This document shows positions 63,341 through 64,000 of a stretch of DNA of 64,000 nt, in pieces; positions within the stretch are counted from its first letter, which is position 1, and every line of letters starts with the position of its first letter. A model generated the notes under the pieces. That model was not told the DNA's origin and searched no databases. It worked only from the letters and a program-made list of their open reading frames with translations. The translations under genes were made by a program, and so were the position numbers. The stretch is from Octopus sinensis (taxonomy: Eukaryota), in NCBI RefSeq assembly GCF_006345805.1, contig NC_043000.1, positions 74,772,001 to 74,836,000 of the forward strand, in the 5' to 3' direction.

Positions 63341-64000
63341 CAAGAGTAGGTTGAAAAGTTCATAGGCTGACTATGAAGGAGTGATGCCAGAGCTGTGAAA
63401 TTTTGCATGCATTAATTTCAACTCTTATTAATAACAGCATTATTTCTTTCCAAGTATGCTTAAAGAAGACTTCAAAAGAAACTAGTAGTGACTTCTCTTG
63501 AAATTAGACAAAATTTATTTAGCATCAGGGTTCAGCCTCCAAGAACATGCATGCTGACATGATTGCTACATTAGAAGATAAAGCTCCAGCTATTTCAACA
63601 GTGCAAAAGTGGGCAGCTGAATTTAGGAGGGGAAGGGAAAGTCTTGAAGATGATCCATGATCTGGGTGCTCTGCAGCTGCTACCACTGAGGAAAACATTG
63701 ATCATGTTCAGGTGATGGATGGCAAGCAGTTGACTATAAATGAAATAGCCAATGCTATTAACATATCCTGTGAGATAGTTGAGAATATTCTGCTTAATAA
63801 ACTTGGCATGATGAAGTTCCTGCTCGGTGGATGCAAGATCTTTTTCACACCTGATCAAAAGCACACTAGAGTGATCACATCATGATGAAGTCTGACATTA
63901 TTTGAGGCAGACCTAACTGGTTTCCTTGAACATTTTCTAAATCAGGATGAGTGTTGGGTTCATCACTTTGAACCAGAAACAAAGAGACAATCCATGCAGT
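63341..64000 (+). mobile_element. Mariner-family transposon remnant, continuing past the window end
   Basis: TA + CAAGAGTAGGTTGAAAAGTT terminus. Decayed TVQKWAAEFRRG, ARW, and QDECWVHHFEPETKRQSMQ. Confidence 0.85.

Overview
AT-rich, repeat-dense animal genomic DNA. The SINE/RTE families and the (TA)n/(CAT)n content suggest a coleoid cephalopod, probably Octopus (inference). The only host gene is the middle part of a + strand SLIT-ROBO Rho-GAP (srGAP family) gene. Eight GT-AG exons (1592-63210) splice in frame and encode the C-terminal F-BAR/coiled-coil region and the start of the RhoGAP domain, including the GIFRVSG arginine finger. One intron (12648-59960) is about 47 kb, spans a 100-N gap and consists mostly of transposon-derived sequence. 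The introns contain a nearly intact piggyBac element split by a foldback-type element with ~635-bp arms, plus CR1-clade, RTE-clade and L1/Tx1 LINEs, Penelope-like fragments, three tRNA-derived SINE families, mariner remnants and a higher-order tandem array. The main non-annotated signals are a cluster of at least five hammerhead-ribozyme-like motifs, mostly associated with Penelope-like pieces, a covarying 3' stem-loop shared by a SINE and CR1 LINEs, long intronic inverted repeats that could form dsRNA, and a PHD-like finger inside the RTE ORF.
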